Shown here piece by piece: positions 28,385-44,214 of a DNA stretch of 64,000 nt. Numbering within the stretch: position 1 is the first letter of the stretch; each line of letters starts with the position of its first letter. Location of the stretch: the NCBI RefSeq assembly GCF_055900595.2, contig NZ_CM148325.1. One strand, 5' to 3'. The position numbers and the translations under genes are program-made. The notes under the pieces were generated by a model. The model ran no database searches. It was not told the origin of the DNA and saw nothing but the letters and a program-made list of their open reading frames with translations.

Positions 28385-28640
28385 TGTGGATAACTCTGTC
28401 AGGAAGCTTGGATCAACCGGTAGTTATCCAAAGAACAACGGTTGTTCAGTTTTTGAGTTGTGTATAACCCCTCATTCTGATCCCAGCTTATACGGTCCAG
28501 GATCACCGATCATTCACAGTTAATGATCCTTTCCAGGTTGTTGATCTTAAAAGCCGGATCCTTGTTATCCACAGGGAAGTGCGATCCTAATAAGAGATCA
28601 CAATAGAACAGATCTCTAAATAAATAGATCTTCTTTTTAA
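28385..28640. other. Chromosomal replication origin oriC: DnaA boxes R4 to R1 plus three AT-rich 13-mers
   Basis: TGTGGATAA (R4, 28385-28393), TTATCCACA (R1, 28565-28573), 13-mers read on the minus strand as GATCTCTTATTAG, GATCTGTTCTATT and GATCTATTTATTT (28587-28630), and dense GATC sites; located between mioC and mnmG. Confidence 0.95.
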
Positions 28641-28740
28641 TACCCAGGATCCCAGGTCTTTCTCAAGCCGACAAAGTTGAGTAGAATCCACGGCCCGGGC
28701 TTCAATCCATTTTCATACCGCGTTATGCGAGGCAATCACC

Positions 28741-30630
28741 ATGTTTTATCCGGATCCTTTTGACGTCATCATCATTGGCGGGGGTCATGCAGGCACCGAG
28801 GCCGCGATGGCCGCGGCGCGTATGGGTCAACAGACTCTGCTTTTGACACACAATATCGACACGCTGGGGCAGATGAGCTGCAACCCGGCGATCGGCGGTA
28901 TTGGGAAGGGACATCTGGTAAAAGAAGTGGATGCACTCGGCGGTCTGATGGCGAAAGCGATCGATCAGGCGGGTATCCAGTTTAGGATACTAAACGCAAG
29001 CAAGGGACCGGCAGTTCGCGCTACCCGAGCTCAGGCGGATCGTGTGCTCTACCGTCAGGCAGTACGTACGGCGCTGGAGAATCAACCGAATCTGATGATC
29101 TTCCAGCAGGCGGTTGAAGATCTTATTGTCGAAAATGATCGCGTGGTCGGTGCTGTTACCCAAATGGGACTGAAGTTCCGTGCCAAAGCCGTCGTGCTCA
29201 CCGTTGGGACGTTCCTCGACGGTAAAATTCATATCGGTCTGGATAACTACAGCGGTGGCCGTGCTGGTGATCCGCCGTCCATTCCGCTCTCTCGCCGTTT
29301 GCGTGAACTGCCGCTGCGCGTTGGTCGTCTGAAAACCGGGACACCGCCGCGTATTGATGCGCGTACTATCGACTTCAGCGTGCTGGCGCAACAGCATGGC
29401 GATAACCCAATGCCGGTATTCTCGTTTATGGGCAATGCGTCCCAGCATCCACAGCAGGTGCCGTGTTATATCACTCATACCAACGAGAAAACCCATGATG
29501 TGATCCGCAGTAACCTCGATCGTAGCCCAATGTACGCAGGGGTGATCGAAGGTGTCGGCCCACGCTACTGTCCGTCGATCGAAGACAAAGTCATGCGCTT
29601 CGCCGACAGAAATCAGCATCAGATCTTCCTTGAACCGGAAGGGCTGACCTCTAACGAAATTTATCCGAACGGTATCTCCACCAGCCTGCCGTTCGATGTG
29701 CAGATGCAAATCGTCCGCTCCATGCAGGGGATGGAAAACGCGAAGATCGTGCGTCCGGGATATGCCATTGAGTATGACTTCTTCGATCCACGCGACCTGA
29801 AACCGACGCTGGAGAGCAAGTTTATCCAGGGGCTGTTCTTTGCTGGTCAGATTAACGGCACTACCGGTTATGAAGAAGCCGCTGCGCAAGGTTTGTTGGC
29901 CGGTCTTAACGCTGCCCGTCTGTCTGCTGACAAAGAAGGTTGGGCTCCGGCGCGTTCTCAGGCGTATCTCGGCGTACTGGTTGATGACCTGTGCACTTTA
30001 GGAACCAAAGAACCGTATCGTATGTTTACCTCGCGCGCAGAATATCGTCTGATGCTGCGCGAAGATAATGCGGATCTGCGTTTGACTGAAATTGGTCGTG
30101 AACTGGGCCTGGTGGATGACGAACGTTGGGCGCGCTTTAACGAGAAACTTGAGAATATCGAGCGTGAGCGTCAGCGTCTGAAATCGACCTGGGTAACCCC
30201 GTCGGCGGAAGCTGCAGCCGAAGTGAATGCTCACCTGACTGCGCCGCTTTCCCGTGAAGCCAGTGGTGAAGATCTGCTGCGTCGTCCGGAAATGACTTAT
30301 GAAAAATTAACCATGCTGACGCCGTTTGCCCCTGCGTTGACAGACGAACAGGCGGCGGAACAGGTTGAGATTCAGGTTAAATACGAAGGTTACATTGCGC
30401 GCCAGCAAGATGAGATCGAAAAGCAGCAGCGTAACGAGAATACCTTGCTGCCAGCGACGCTGGATTACCGCCAGGTATCCGGTCTTTCTAACGAAGTGAT
30501 CGCCAAACTTAACGATCACAAACCGGCTTCTATCGGTCAGGCTTCGCGTATTTCTGGCGTCACGCCTGCTGCCATCTCCATTCTGCTGGTGTGGCTAAAA
30601 AAACAGGGTATGCTGCGTCGTAGCGCATAA
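28741..30630 (+). CDS. mnmG: tRNA uridine 5-carboxymethylaminomethyl modification enzyme MnmG/GidA (629 aa)
   Basis: N-terminal FAD-binding motif [10 protein letters not shown]; synteny. Confidence 0.95.
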   Translation: MFYPDPFDVIIIGGGHAGTEAAMAAARMGQQTLLLTHNIDTLGQMSCNPAIGGIGKGHLVKEVDALGGLMAKAIDQAGIQFRILNASKGPAVRATRAQADRVLYRQAVRTALENQPNLMIFQQAVEDLIVENDRVVGAVTQMGLKFRAKAVVLTVGTFLDGKIHIGLDNYSGGRAGDPPSIPLSRRLRELPLRVGRLKTGTPPRIDARTIDFSVLAQQHGDNPMPVFSFMGNASQHPQQVPCYITHTNEKTHDVIRSNLDRSPMYAGVIEGVGPRYCPSIEDKVMRFADRNQHQIFLEPEGLTSNEIYPNGISTSLPFDVQMQIVRSMQGMENAKIVRPGYAIEYDFFDPRDLKPTLESKFIQGLFFAGQINGTTGYEEAAAQGLLAGLNAARLSADKEGWAPARSQAYLGVLVDDLCTLGTKEPYRMFTSRAEYRLMLREDNADLRLTEIGRELGLVDDERWARFNEKLENIERERQRLKSTWVTPSAEAAAEVNAHLTAPLSREASGEDLLRRPEMTYEKLTMLTPFAPALTDEQAAEQVEIQVKYEGYIARQQDEIEKQQRNENTLLPATLDYRQVSGLSNEVIAKLNDHKPASIGQASRISGVTPAAISILLVWLKKQGMLRRSA

Positions 30631-30693
30631 CGCATTAAAAATGCCTGGTAAGCACCCGCTTACCAGGCAACGCATCAAGAACAGGTAATCACC

Positions 30694-31317
30694 GTGCTCA
30701 ACAAACTCTCCTCACTGCTGAAAGACGCAGGAATTTCGCTTACCGATCACCAGAAAAACCAGCTTATTGCCTACGTGAATATGCTGCATAAGTGGAATAA
30801 AGCGTACAACCTGACTTCGGTCCGCGATCCTAATGAGATGCTGGTACGCCATATTCTCGATAGCATTGTGGTGGCACCGTATCTGCAAGGTGAACGGTTT
30901 ATCGATGTCGGCACCGGACCAGGACTGCCTGGCATTCCACTCTCTATCGTGCGTCCTGAAGCCCATTTCACGTTGTTGGATAGCCTTGGTAAACGCGTGC
31001 GTTTCCTTCGTCAGGTGCAACATGAGCTTAAACTGGAGAATATTGAGCCAGTACAGAGCAGGGTAGAAGAGTTTCCATCAGAGCCGCCCTTTGATGGCGT
31101 AATTAGCCGCGCCTTTGCCTCTTTGAACGATATGGTGAGCTGGTGCCACCATCTTCCTGGTGAGCAAGGTCGTTTCTACGCGCTGAAAGGCCAAATACCG
31201 GAAGATGAAATCGCTTTGTTGCCCGAAGAATATCAGGTCGAATCAGTGGTTAAACTTCACGTTCCGGCCCTGGATGGCGAACGTCATCTGGTGGTGATTA
31301 AAGCAAATAAAATTTAA
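30694..31317 (+). CDS. rsmG: 16S rRNA m7G527 methyltransferase RsmG/GidB (207 aa), GTG start
   Basis: SAM-methyltransferase motif ([10 protein letters not shown]); synteny upstream of the atp operon. Confidence 0.93.
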   Translation: MLNKLSSLLKDAGISLTDHQKNQLIAYVNMLHKWNKAYNLTSVRDPNEMLVRHILDSIVVAPYLQGERFIDVGTGPGLPGIPLSIVRPEAHFTLLDSLGKRVRFLRQVQHELKLENIEPVQSRVEEFPSEPPFDGVISRAFASLNDMVSWCHHLPGEQGRFYALKGQIPEDEIALLPEEYQVESVVKLHVPALDGERHLVVIKANKI

Positions 31318-31933
31318 TTTTTATCAAAAAAAACATAAAAAAATGACCGGTTAGACTGTTAACAACAACCAGGTTTTCTACTGATATAACTGGTTACATT
31401 TAACGCCACGTTCACTCTTTTGCATCAACGAGCTAACGTGGCTTTTTTGGGTAAGCAGAAAATAAGTCAGCAGTGAAAATATCAGGCTGCTAAAAATCGG
31501 CGCTAAGAACCATAATCATCTGTTAAAACATTATTAAAAATGTCAATGGGTGGTTTTTGTTGTGTAAATGTCACTTATTAAAAGAGTGTCTGTTTTTGGA
31601 CTTAAATATCATAAACTTGCAATGGCATCATTTGCCAAGTAAATAAATATGCTGTGCGCGAACATGCTCAATATGTGATCTGAAGCACGCTTTATCGCCA
31701 GTGTTTACGCGTTATTTACAGTTTTTCATGATCGAACAGCGTTAGCAGAAAAGTCGCAATTGTATGCACTGGAAAAATATTTAAACATTTATTCACCTTT
31801 TGGCTACTTATTGTTTGAAATCACGGGGGCGCACCGTATAATTTGACCGCTTTTTGATGCTTGACTCTAAGCCTTAAAGAAAGTTTTATACGACACGCGG
31901 CATACCTCGAAGGGAGCAGGAGTGAAAAACGTG

Positions 31934-33138
<1,205 letters not shown>

Positions 33139-33166
33139 TTTACCAACACTACTACGTTTTAACTGA

Positions 33167-33441
<275 letters not shown>

Positions 33442-33485
33442 TAAAGAGCAATATCAGAACGTTAACTAAATAGAGGCATTGTGCT

Positions 33486-33956
33486 GTGAATCTTAACGCA
33501 ACAATCCTCGGCCAGGCCATCGCGTTTGTCCTGTTCGTTCTGTTCTGCATGAAGTACGTATGGCCGCCATTAATGGCAGCCATCGAAAAACGTCAAAAAG
33601 AAATTGCTGACGGCCTTGCTTCCGCAGAACGAGCACATAAGGACCTTGACCTTGCAAAGGCCAGCGCGACCGACCAGCTGAAAAAAGCGAAAGCGGAAGC
33701 CCAGGTAATCATCGAGCAGGCGAACAAACGCCGCTCGCAGATTCTGGACGAAGCTAAAGCTGAAGCAGAGCAGGAACGTACTAAAATCGTGGCCCAGGCG
33801 CAGGCGGAAATTGAAGCCGAGCGTAAACGTGCCCGTGAAGAGCTGCGTAAGCAAGTTGCTATCCTGGCTGTTGCTGGCGCCGAGAAGATCATCGAACGTT
33901 CCGTGGATGAAGCTGCTAACAGCGACATCGTGGATAAACTTGTCGCTGAACTGTAA
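33486..33956 (+). CDS. atpF: F0 sector subunit b (156 aa), GTG start
   Basis: Operon order; single N-terminal TM helix then long charged helix. Confidence 0.95.
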
Positions 33957-33970
33957 GGAGGGAGGGGCTG

Positions 33971-34504
33971 ATGTCTGAATTTATTACGGTAGCTCGCCCC
34001 TACGCCAAAGCAGCTTTTGACTTTGCCGTCGAACACCAAAGTGTAGAACGCTGGCAGGACATGCTGGCGTTTGCCGCCGAGGTAACCAAAAACGAACAAA
34101 TGGCAGAGCTTCTCTCTGGCGCGCTTGCGCCAGAAACGCTCGCCGAGTCGTTTATCGCAGTTTGTGGTGAGCAACTGGACGAAAACGGTCAGAACCTGAT
34201 TCGGGTTATGGCTGAAAATGGTCGTCTTAATGCGCTCCCGGATGTTCTGGAGCAGTTTATTCACCTGCGTGCTGTGAGTGAGGCTACCGCTGAGGTAGAC
34301 GTCATTTCCGCTGCCGCGTTGAGTGAACAACAGCTCGCGAAAATTTCTGCTGCGATGGAAAAACGTCTGTCACGCAAAGTTAAGCTGAATTGCAAAATCG
34401 ATAAGTCTGTAATGGCAGGCGTTATCATCCGAGCGGGTGATATGGTCATTGATGGCAGCGTACGCGGTCGTCTTGAGCGCCTTGCAGACGTCTTGCAGTC
34501 TTAA
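33971..34504 (+). CDS. atpH: F1 sector subunit delta (177 aa)
   Basis: Operon order. Confidence 0.95.
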
Positions 34505-34516
34505 GGGGACTGGAGC

Positions 34517-36058
34517 ATGCAACTGAATTCCACCGAAATCAGCGAACTGATCAAGCAGCGCATTGCTCAGTTCAATGTTGTGAGTGAAGCTCACAACGAA
34601 GGTACTATTGTTTCTGTAAGTGACGGTGTTATCCGCATCCACGGCCTGGCCGATTGTATGCAGGGTGAAATGATCTCCCTGCCGGGTAACCGTTACGCTA
34701 TCGCACTGAACCTCGAGCGTGACTCTGTAGGTGCAGTTGTTATGGGTCCGTACGCTGACCTTGCCGAAGGCATGAAAGTTAAGTGTACTGGCCGTATCCT
34801 GGAAGTTCCGGTTGGCCGTGGCCTGCTGGGCCGTGTGGTTAACACTCTGGGTGCACCAATCGACGGTAAAGGTCCGCTGGATCACGACGGCTTCTCTGCT
34901 GTAGAAGCTATCGCCCCGGGCGTTATCGAACGTCAGTCCGTAGATCAGCCGGTACAGACCGGTTATAAAGCCGTTGACTCCATGATCCCAATCGGTCGTG
35001 GTCAGCGTGAATTGATCATCGGTGACCGTCAGACCGGTAAAACCGCACTGGCAATCGATGCCATCATTAACCAGCGCGATTCCGGTATCAAATGTATCTA
35101 TGTCGCTATCGGCCAGAAAGCGTCCACTATTTCTAACGTGGTACGTAAACTGGAAGAGCACGGCGCACTGGCTAACACCATCGTTGTGGTAGCAACCGCG
35201 TCTGAATCCGCTGCACTGCAATACCTGGCGCCGTATGCCGGTTGCGCAATGGGCGAATACTTCCGTGACCGCGGTGAAGATGCGCTGATCATTTACGATG
35301 ACCTGTCTAAACAGGCTGTTGCTTACCGTCAGATCTCCCTGCTGCTCCGTCGTCCGCCAGGACGTGAAGCATTCCCGGGCGACGTATTCTACCTCCACTC
35401 TCGTCTGCTGGAGCGTGCTGCGCGTGTTAACGCCGAATACGTTGAAGCCTTCACCAAAGGTGAAGTGAAAGGGAAAACCGGTTCTCTGACCGCGCTGCCG
35501 ATTATCGAAACTCAGGCGGGTGACGTTTCTGCGTTCGTTCCGACTAACGTAATCTCCATTACCGATGGTCAGATCTTCCTGGAAACCAACCTGTTCAACG
35601 CCGGTATTCGTCCTGCGGTTAACCCGGGTATTTCCGTATCCCGTGTTGGTGGTGCAGCACAGACCAAGATCATGAAAAAACTGTCCGGTGGTATCCGTAC
35701 CGCTCTGGCACAGTATCGTGAACTGGCAGCGTTCTCTCAGTTTGCATCCGACCTTGACGATGCAACTCGTAAGCAGCTTGACCACGGTCAGAAAGTGACC
35801 GAACTGCTGAAACAGAAACAGTATGCGCCGATGTCCGTTGCGCAGCAGTCTCTGGTTCTGTTCGCAGCAGAACGTGGTTACCTGGCGGATGTTGAACTGT
35901 CGAAAATCGGCAGCTTCGAAGCCGCTCTGCTGGCTTACGTCGACCGTGATCACGCTCCGTTGATGCAAGAGATCAACCAGACCGGTGGCTACAACGACGA
36001 AATCGAAGGCAAGCTGAAAGGCATCCTCGATTCCTTCAAAGCAACCCAATCCTGGTAA
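34517..36058 (+). CDS. atpA: F1 sector subunit alpha (513 aa)
   Basis: Walker A motif GDRQTGKT; operon order. Confidence 0.97.
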
Positions 36059-36108
36059 CGTCTGGCGGCTTGCCTTAGGGCAGGCCGCAAGGCATTGAGG
36101 AGAAGCTC

Positions 36109-38381
<2,273 letters not shown>

Positions 38382-38401
38382 CGCCTTAATCGGAGGGTGA
38401 T

Positions 38402-38821
38402 ATGGCAATGACTTACCACCTGGACGTCGTCAGCGCAGAGCAACAAATGTTCTCTGGTCTGGTCGAGAAAATCCAGGTAACGGGTAGCGAAGGTGAACTG
38501 GGCATTTACCCGGGCCACGCACCGCTGCTCACCGCCATTAAGCCTGGTATGATTCGCATCGTGAAACAGCACGGCCACGAAGAGTTTATCTATCTGTCTG
38601 GCGGCATTCTTGAAGTGCAGCCTGGCAACGTGACCGTTCTGGCCGACACCGCAATTCGCGGCCAGGATCTCGACGAAGCGCGAGCCATGGAAGCGAAACG
38701 TAAGGCTGAAGAGCACATTAGCAGCTCTCACGGCGACGTAGATTACGCTCAGGCGTCTGCGGAACTGGCCAAAGCGATCGCGCAGTTGCGCGTTATCGAG
38801 TTGACCAAAAAAGCGATGTAA
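38402..38821 (+). CDS. atpC: F1 sector subunit epsilon (139 aa)
   Basis: Operon order. Confidence 0.96.
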
Positions 38822-38842
38822 CACCGGCTTGAAAAGCTCAAA

Positions 38843-38872
38843 AGCCAGTCTGGAAACAGACTGGCTTTTTTT
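38843..38872 (+). terminator. atp operon rho-independent terminator
   Basis: AGCCAGTCTG-GAAA-CAGACTGGCT perfect 10-bp stem followed by a run of 7 T. Confidence 0.88.
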
Positions 38873-39171
38873 ACGCGTATTGACCCGTCCTGAAGAGCGT
38901 TCACATAGATCCTGCTGATATAAAACCCCCTGTTTCCCGTTTATTCATTGATCGAAATAAGAGCAAAAACATCCACCTGACGCTTAAATGAAGGTACTGC
39001 CTTAATTTTCTGCAGACAAAAGGCGTGACGATGGTCGAAAATGGCGCTTTCGTCAGAGGGGATAATCCGTTATTGAACAATTTATCCTCTGTCCATTTCA
39101 CGATGAAAAAAATGTAGTTTTTTCAAGGTGAAGCGGTTTAAATTCGTTCTCAAATTACAGTCAGGACGCGT

Positions 39172-40542
39172 ATGTTGAATAATGCTATGAGCGTAGTGAT
39201 CCTTGCCGCAGGTAAAGGCACGCGCATGTATTCCGATCTTCCGAAAGTGCTGCATACCCTTGCCGGGAAAGCGATGGTTCAGCATGTCATTGATGCTGCG
39301 AATGAATTAGGCGCAGCGCACGTTCACCTGGTGTACGGTCACGGCGGCGATCTGCTTAAACAGGCGCTGAAAGACGATAACCTGAACTGGGTGCTTCAGG
39401 CAGAACAGCTGGGTACGGGTCATGCAATGCAGCAGGCTGCACCTTTCTTTGCCGATGATGAAGACATATTAATGCTCTACGGCGACGTGCCGCTGATCTC
39501 TGTTGAAACACTCCAGCGTCTGCGTGATGCTAAACCGCAGGGTGGCATTGGTCTGCTGACGGTGAAACTGGATGATCCGACCGGTTATGGACGTATCACC
39601 CGTGAAAACGGCAAAGTTACCGGCATTGTTGAGCACAAAGATGCCACCGACGAGCAGCGTCAGATTCAGGAGATCAACACCGGCATTCTGATCGCCAACG
39701 GCGCAGATATGAAACGCTGGCTGGCTAAACTGACCAACAATAACGCGCAGGGCGAATACTACATCACCGACATTATTGCGCTGGCGTATCAGGAAGGGCG
39801 TGAAATCGTTGCCGTTCATCCGCAACGTTTAAGCGAAGTAGAAGGCGTGAATAACCGCCTGCAACTCTCTCGTCTGGAGCGCGTTTACCAGTCCGAACAG
39901 GCTGAAAAACTGCTTTTAGCAGGCGTTATGCTGCGCGATCCGGCGCGTTTTGATCTGCGCGGTACGCTTACTCACGGGCGCGATGTTGAAATTGATACTA
40001 ACGTTATCATCGAGGGCAACGTGACTCTCGGTAATCGCGTGAAAATCGGCACCGGTTGCGTGATTAAAAACAGCGTGATTGGCGATGATTGCGAAATTAG
40101 CCCGTATACCGTTGTGGAAGATGCGAATCTGGCAGCGGCCTGTACCATTGGCCCGTTTGCCCGTCTGCGTCCTGGTGCTGAGTTGCTGGAAGGCGCACAC
40201 GTCGGTAACTTCGTTGAGATGAAAAAAGCGCGTCTGGGTAAAGGCTCGAAAGCTGGTCATCTGACTTACCTGGGGGATGCGGAAATTGGCGATAACGTCA
40301 ACATCGGCGCAGGAACCATTACCTGCAACTACGATGGTGCCAATAAATTTAAAACCATTATTGGCGACGATGTGTTTGTCGGTTCCGACACTCAGCTGGT
40401 GGCCCCGGTAACGGTAGGCAAAGGCGCAACCATTGCTGCGGGTACAACTGTGACGCGTAATGTTGGCGAAAATGCTCTGGCAATCAGCCGTGTGCCGCAG
40501 TCGCAAAAAGAAGGCTGGCGTCGTCCGGTAAAGAAAAAGTAA
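39172..40542 (+). CDS. glmU: Bifunctional GlcNAc-1-phosphate uridyltransferase / glucosamine-1-phosphate acetyltransferase (456 aa)
   Basis: N-terminal nucleotidyltransferase motif (LAAGKGTRM) and C-terminal hexapeptide-repeat region. Confidence 0.95.
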   Translation: MLNNAMSVVILAAGKGTRMYSDLPKVLHTLAGKAMVQHVIDAANELGAAHVHLVYGHGGDLLKQALKDDNLNWVLQAEQLGTGHAMQQAAPFFADDEDILMLYGDVPLISVETLQRLRDAKPQGGIGLLTVKLDDPTGYGRITRENGKVTGIVEHKDATDEQRQIQEINTGILIANGADMKRWLAKLTNNNAQGEYYITDIIALAYQEGREIVAVHPQRLSEVEGVNNRLQLSRLERVYQSEQAEKLLLAGVMLRDPARFDLRGTLTHGRDVEIDTNVIIEGNVTLGNRVKIGTGCVIKNSVIGDDCEISPYTVVEDANLAAACTIGPFARLRPGAELLEGAHVGNFVEMKKARLGKGSKAGHLTYLGDAEIGDNVNIGAGTITCNYDGANKFKTIIGDDVFVGSDTQLVAPVTVGKGATIAAGTTVTRNVGENALAISRVPQSQKEGWRRPVKKK

Positions 40543-40703
40543 TTCTGGCTGGGTAATCCGGCCATATGGGGTGAGGAGATAACATAATCTCCCGCCCACA
40601 AGCAGTAACTATAAAAATAACCCCACTCTCTACAAAGGCTCGGGGCGCCCGAAAAACGGGCATACAGGTTGACCGACAACGATATAAATCGGAATCAAAA
40701 ACT

Positions 40704-42533
40704 ATGTGTGGAATTGTTGGCGCGATCGCGCAACGTGATGTAGCAGAAATCCTTCTTGAAGGTTTACGTCGTCTGGAATACCGCGGATATGACTCTGCCG
40801 GTCTGGCGGTTGTAGATGCAGAAGGTCATATGACCCGTCTGCGTCGCCTCGGTAAAGTCCAGATGCTGGCCCAGGCAGCGGAAGAATATCCTCTGCATGG
40901 CGGCACCGGGATTGCTCACACTCGCTGGGCGACGCACGGCGAACCTTCAGAAGTGAATGCGCATCCGCATGTTTCTGAACACATTGTGGTGGTGCATAAC
41001 GGCATCATCGAAAACCATGAACCGCTGCGTGAAGCGTTAAAAGCACGTGGCTATACCTTCGTTTCTGAAACCGACACCGAAGTGATTGCACACCTGGTGA
41101 ACTGGGAACTGAAACAAGGCGGTACTCTGCGTGAGGCTGTTCTGCGTGCTATTCCGCAACTGCGCGGCGCGTACGGTACGGTAATTATGGACTCCCGTCA
41201 CCCGGATACCCTGCTGGCGGCTCGTTCTGGTAGCCCGCTGGTGATTGGCCTGGGCATGGGCGAAAAATTTATTGCTTCTGACCAGTTGGCGCTGTTGCCA
41301 GTGACCCGTCGCTTTATCTTCCTTGAAGAAGGCGATATTGCGGAAATCACTCGCCGTTCGGTAAACATCTTCGATAAAACTGGCGCGGAAGTGAAACGTC
41401 AGGATATCGAATCCAATCTGCAATATGACGCGGGCGATAAGGGTTTTTACCGCCACTACATGCAGAAAGAGATCTACGAACAGCCGAACGCGATCAAAAA
41501 CACCCTTACCGGGCGCATCAGCCACGGTCAGGTTGATTTGAACGAGCTGGGACCGAACGCCGACGAACTGCTGTCGAAGGTTGAGCATATTCAGATCCTC
41601 GCCTGTGGTACTTCTTACAACTCCGGTATGGTTTCCCGCTACTGGTTTGAAGCGCTGGCAGGTATTCCGTGCGATGTTGAAATCGCCTCTGAATTCCGCT
41701 ATCGCAAATCAGCCGTGCGTCGTAACAGCCTGATGATCACTCTGTCGCAGTCCGGTGAAACCGCGGATACCCTGGCGGGTCTGCGTCTGTCAAAAGAATT
41801 GGGTTACCTTGGATCGCTGGCAATCTGTAACGTTCCTGGCTCTTCGCTGGTACGTGAATCCGATTTGGCGCTGATGACCAATGCGGGTACGGAAATTGGC
41901 GTGGCGTCCACCAAAGCATTCACCACTCAGTTAACCGTGTTGTTGATGCTGGTGGCGAAGCTGTCTCGCCTGAAAGGTCTGGATGCCTCCATTGAGCATG
42001 ATATCGTGCATGGTCTGCAGGCGTTACCGAGCCGTATTGAGCAGATGCTGTCTCAGGACAAACGCATTGAAGCTCTGGCAGAAGATTTCTCTGACAAACA
42101 CCACGCGCTGTTCCTGGGCCGTGGCGATCAGTACCCAATTGCGCTGGAAGGCGCATTGAAGCTGAAAGAGATCTCTTATATTCATGCGGAAGCCTACGCA
42201 GCAGGCGAACTGAAACACGGTCCGCTGGCGCTGATTGACGCGGATATGCCGGTTATCGTCGTCGCACCGAACAACGAACTGCTGGAAAAACTGAAATCCA
42301 ACATTGAAGAAGTTCGTGCGCGTGGTGGTCAACTGTACGTCTTCGCCGATCAGGATGCTGGTTTTGTGAGCAGTGATAACATGCACATCATCGAGATGCC
42401 GCATGTGGAAGAGGTGATTGCACCGATCTTCTACACCGTTCCGCTGCAGCTGCTGGCCTATCACGTTGCGCTGATTAAAGGCACTGACGTTGACCAGCCG
42501 CGTAATCTGGCAAAATCGGTAACGGTTGAGTAA
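40704..42533 (+). CDS. glmS: Glutamine-fructose-6-phosphate aminotransferase (609 aa)
   Basis: N-terminal MCGIVGA nucleophile and tandem SIS domains; ends ...KSVTVE. Confidence 0.96.
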   Translation: MCGIVGAIAQRDVAEILLEGLRRLEYRGYDSAGLAVVDAEGHMTRLRRLGKVQMLAQAAEEYPLHGGTGIAHTRWATHGEPSEVNAHPHVSEHIVVVHNGIIENHEPLREALKARGYTFVSETDTEVIAHLVNWELKQGGTLREAVLRAIPQLRGAYGTVIMDSRHPDTLLAARSGSPLVIGLGMGEKFIASDQLALLPVTRRFIFLEEGDIAEITRRSVNIFDKTGAEVKRQDIESNLQYDAGDKGFYRHYMQKEIYEQPNAIKNTLTGRISHGQVDLNELGPNADELLSKVEHIQILACGTSYNSGMVSRYWFEALAGIPCDVEIASEFRYRKSAVRRNSLMITLSQSGETADTLAGLRLSKELGYLGSLAICNVPGSSLVRESDLALMTNAGTEIGVASTKAFTTQLTVLLMLVAKLSRLKGLDASIEHDIVHGLQALPSRIEQMLSQDKRIEALAEDFSDKHHALFLGRGDQYPIALEGALKLKEISYIHAEAYAAGELKHGPLALIDADMPVIVVAPNNELLEKLKSNIEEVRARGGQLYVFADQDAGFVSSDNMHIIEMPHVEEVIAPIFYTVPLQLLAYHVALIKGTDVDQPRNLAKSVTVE

Positions 42534-42554
42534 TTTTCATCATTGATATAAAAG

Positions 42555-42578
42555 GGCTGCCGACGGGCGGCCTTTTTT
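42555..42578 (+). terminator. glmS terminator hairpin, which is also the canonical Tn7 attachment position (unoccupied here)
   Basis: GGCUGCC-GACG-GGCGGCC stem (one G-U pair) followed by six U, about 22 bp after the glmS stop. No Tn7 ends or tns genes follow. Confidence 0.75.
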
Positions 42579-42838
42579 ATAAAGTGTATCAACGGTTTAT
42601 TATTGATGCACAAATTAATATAAATATATTCTGAATTATTGGTGATGTCCTATTACGCACTTGATTTTTTACTGTTTTAATAATATTTATATAATAAATT
42701 TATATTTAATTTCGCATAATTAATATTATTTTTAGATAAAAATACCCCTTTGGTGTACTATGCCTCTGAATCATAAAATCACTTATTAATTTAAGTTATG
42801 ATTTAGACTGAAGGATATATTATATCAATGGAGTTTGT

Positions 42839-43411
42839 ATGAAACGTAATATTATTGGCGGTGCAATTACGCTGGCATCTTTAATGTTAGCCGGAAATGC
42901 ACTTGCAGAAGATGGCGTTGTTCACTTTGTCGGTGAAATTGTCGATAGCACATGCGAAGTGACTTCCGATACCGCCGATCAAACAGTACCTCTTGGTAAG
43001 GTCAGTAAAAGTGCGTTTTCAGGAGTAGGCAGCCTGGCGTCACCACAGCAATTTAGTATTAAACTGGAAAATTGCCCAGCAACCTATACTCAGGCAGCCG
43101 TCCGTTTCGATGGTACTGAAGCACCTGGCGGAGACGGTGACCTGAAAGTGGGTACACCGCTGACATCAGGTACACCTGGCGATTTTACCGGTACAGGACA
43201 AGCGATTGCGGCAACCGGCGTCGGTATTCGTATTTTTAACCGGGCGGATAATTCTCAGGTTAAACTTTATAACGACTCTGCTTATAGCACAATCGACGCT
43301 GACGGTAAGGCTGAAATGAAGTTTATTGCACGCTATGTTGCTACCAATGCGACCGTAACGGCGGGTACAGCAAACGCTGATTCACAATTCACCGTCGAAT
43401 ATAAGAAATAA
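42839..43411 (+). CDS. lpfA: Fimbrial major subunit, type 1 pilin family (190 aa), lpfA-like
   Basis: Signal peptide, then the pilin N-terminal motif FVGEIVDSTCEV with a conserved Cys pair; first gene of a chaperone-usher operon between glmS and pstS. The lpf name rests on this location plus family resemblance, not on an alignment. Confidence 0.7.
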   Translation: MKRNIIGGAITLASLMLAGNALAEDGVVHFVGEIVDSTCEVTSDTADQTVPLGKVSKSAFSGVGSLASPQQFSIKLENCPATYTQAAVRFDGTEAPGGDGDLKVGTPLTSGTPGDFTGTGQAIAATGVGIRIFNRADNSQVKLYNDSAYSTIDADGKAEMKFIARYVATNATVTAGTANADSQFTVEYKK

Positions 43412-43458
43412 TTAATACAGGGCCTTTTTATTCAGTTGGCTTTGGCCAGGGAGTCGTT

Positions 43459-44190
43459 ATGTCCAGAAAAAGTTGTTTAATTAGGCTCTTTAAAACAACA
43501 ATTTCGTGTAATTTATTGAGGATTATTATTCTAAGCATCTTTTTCCTCCAGCCGACATTGACCTGTGCAGGTGTTGTCATTGGCGGTACACGGGTTGTTT
43601 ATTTGAGTAATAATGCTGATAAATCTATTTCTGTATTTAGTAAGGAAGAAAAAATTCCTTATCTCATCCAGGCATGGGTGGATCCGTTTAATAAAGATGA
43701 TAAAACTAAAGCGCCATTTATTGTTATTCCTCCGGTATCACGGTTAGAACCCGCGCAAGAAAAAATATTACGTATTGTCCACACTAAAGGTTTGTCATTA
43801 CCAGATGATCGAGAGTCTGTCTTCTGGCTAAATATCAAAAATATTCCACCCTCTGCGAGCAGCAAAGAAGCGAACTCGCTGGAAATCGCCGTTAAAACGC
43901 GAATTAAGCTTTTCTGGAGACCGGCATCTATCCGCATGATTCCCGAAGATGCCGCACCAAAGGTGAAGTGGCATCGGGAAGGCCGAAATCTTATTGCTGA
44001 GAACCCTAACCCGATTCATATCAGCGTGATGGATGTCATTGTTGATGGCCATGATGTACCTCTTAACATGATCCGCCCTTTCGAGACGCTCACGTTACCG
44101 TTGCCTGCTAATTCTTCGGGTAGCCAAATGACCTGGCGATTTATTAATGATTACGGTGCGATAAGCGAACCATTAAAGCAAGCGTTGTAA
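43459..44190 (+). CDS. lpfB: Periplasmic pilus chaperone, PapD-like (243 aa)
   Basis: Signal peptide then AGVVIGGTRVVY, typical of chaperone-usher chaperones; operon context. Confidence 0.72.
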   Translation: MSRKSCLIRLFKTTISCNLLRIIILSIFFLQPTLTCAGVVIGGTRVVYLSNNADKSISVFSKEEKIPYLIQAWVDPFNKDDKTKAPFIVIPPVSRLEPAQEKILRIVHTKGLSLPDDRESVFWLNIKNIPPSASSKEANSLEIAVKTRIKLFWRPASIRMIPEDAAPKVKWHREGRNLIAENPNPIHISVMDVIVDGHDVPLNMIRPFETLTLPLPANSSGSQMTWRFINDYGAISEPLKQAL

Positions 44191-44214
44191 GCATTGCATA
44201 AGGATAGGCGAATT

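Noticed and set aside
28990-29889. A 299-aa minus-strand ORF inside mnmG
   Set aside because: Antisense artefact within a conserved gene; same reasoning applies to the 227-aa ORF at 39916..40599 inside glmU and the 183-aa ORF at 41037..41588 inside glmS.
34370-36049. A 559-aa minus-strand ORF (and a 245-aa one at 33593..34330) antisense to atp genes
   Set aside because: They are antisense to atpA and atpF/atpH, which are highly conserved; long antisense frames arise easily opposite GC-rich, codon-biased genes. No independent start or ribosome-binding context supports them.
38873-39171. Two small minus-strand ORFs (66 and 67 aa) in the atpC-glmU intergenic region
   Set aside because: No ribosome-binding context; the region is better explained as the atp terminator plus the glmU promoter.
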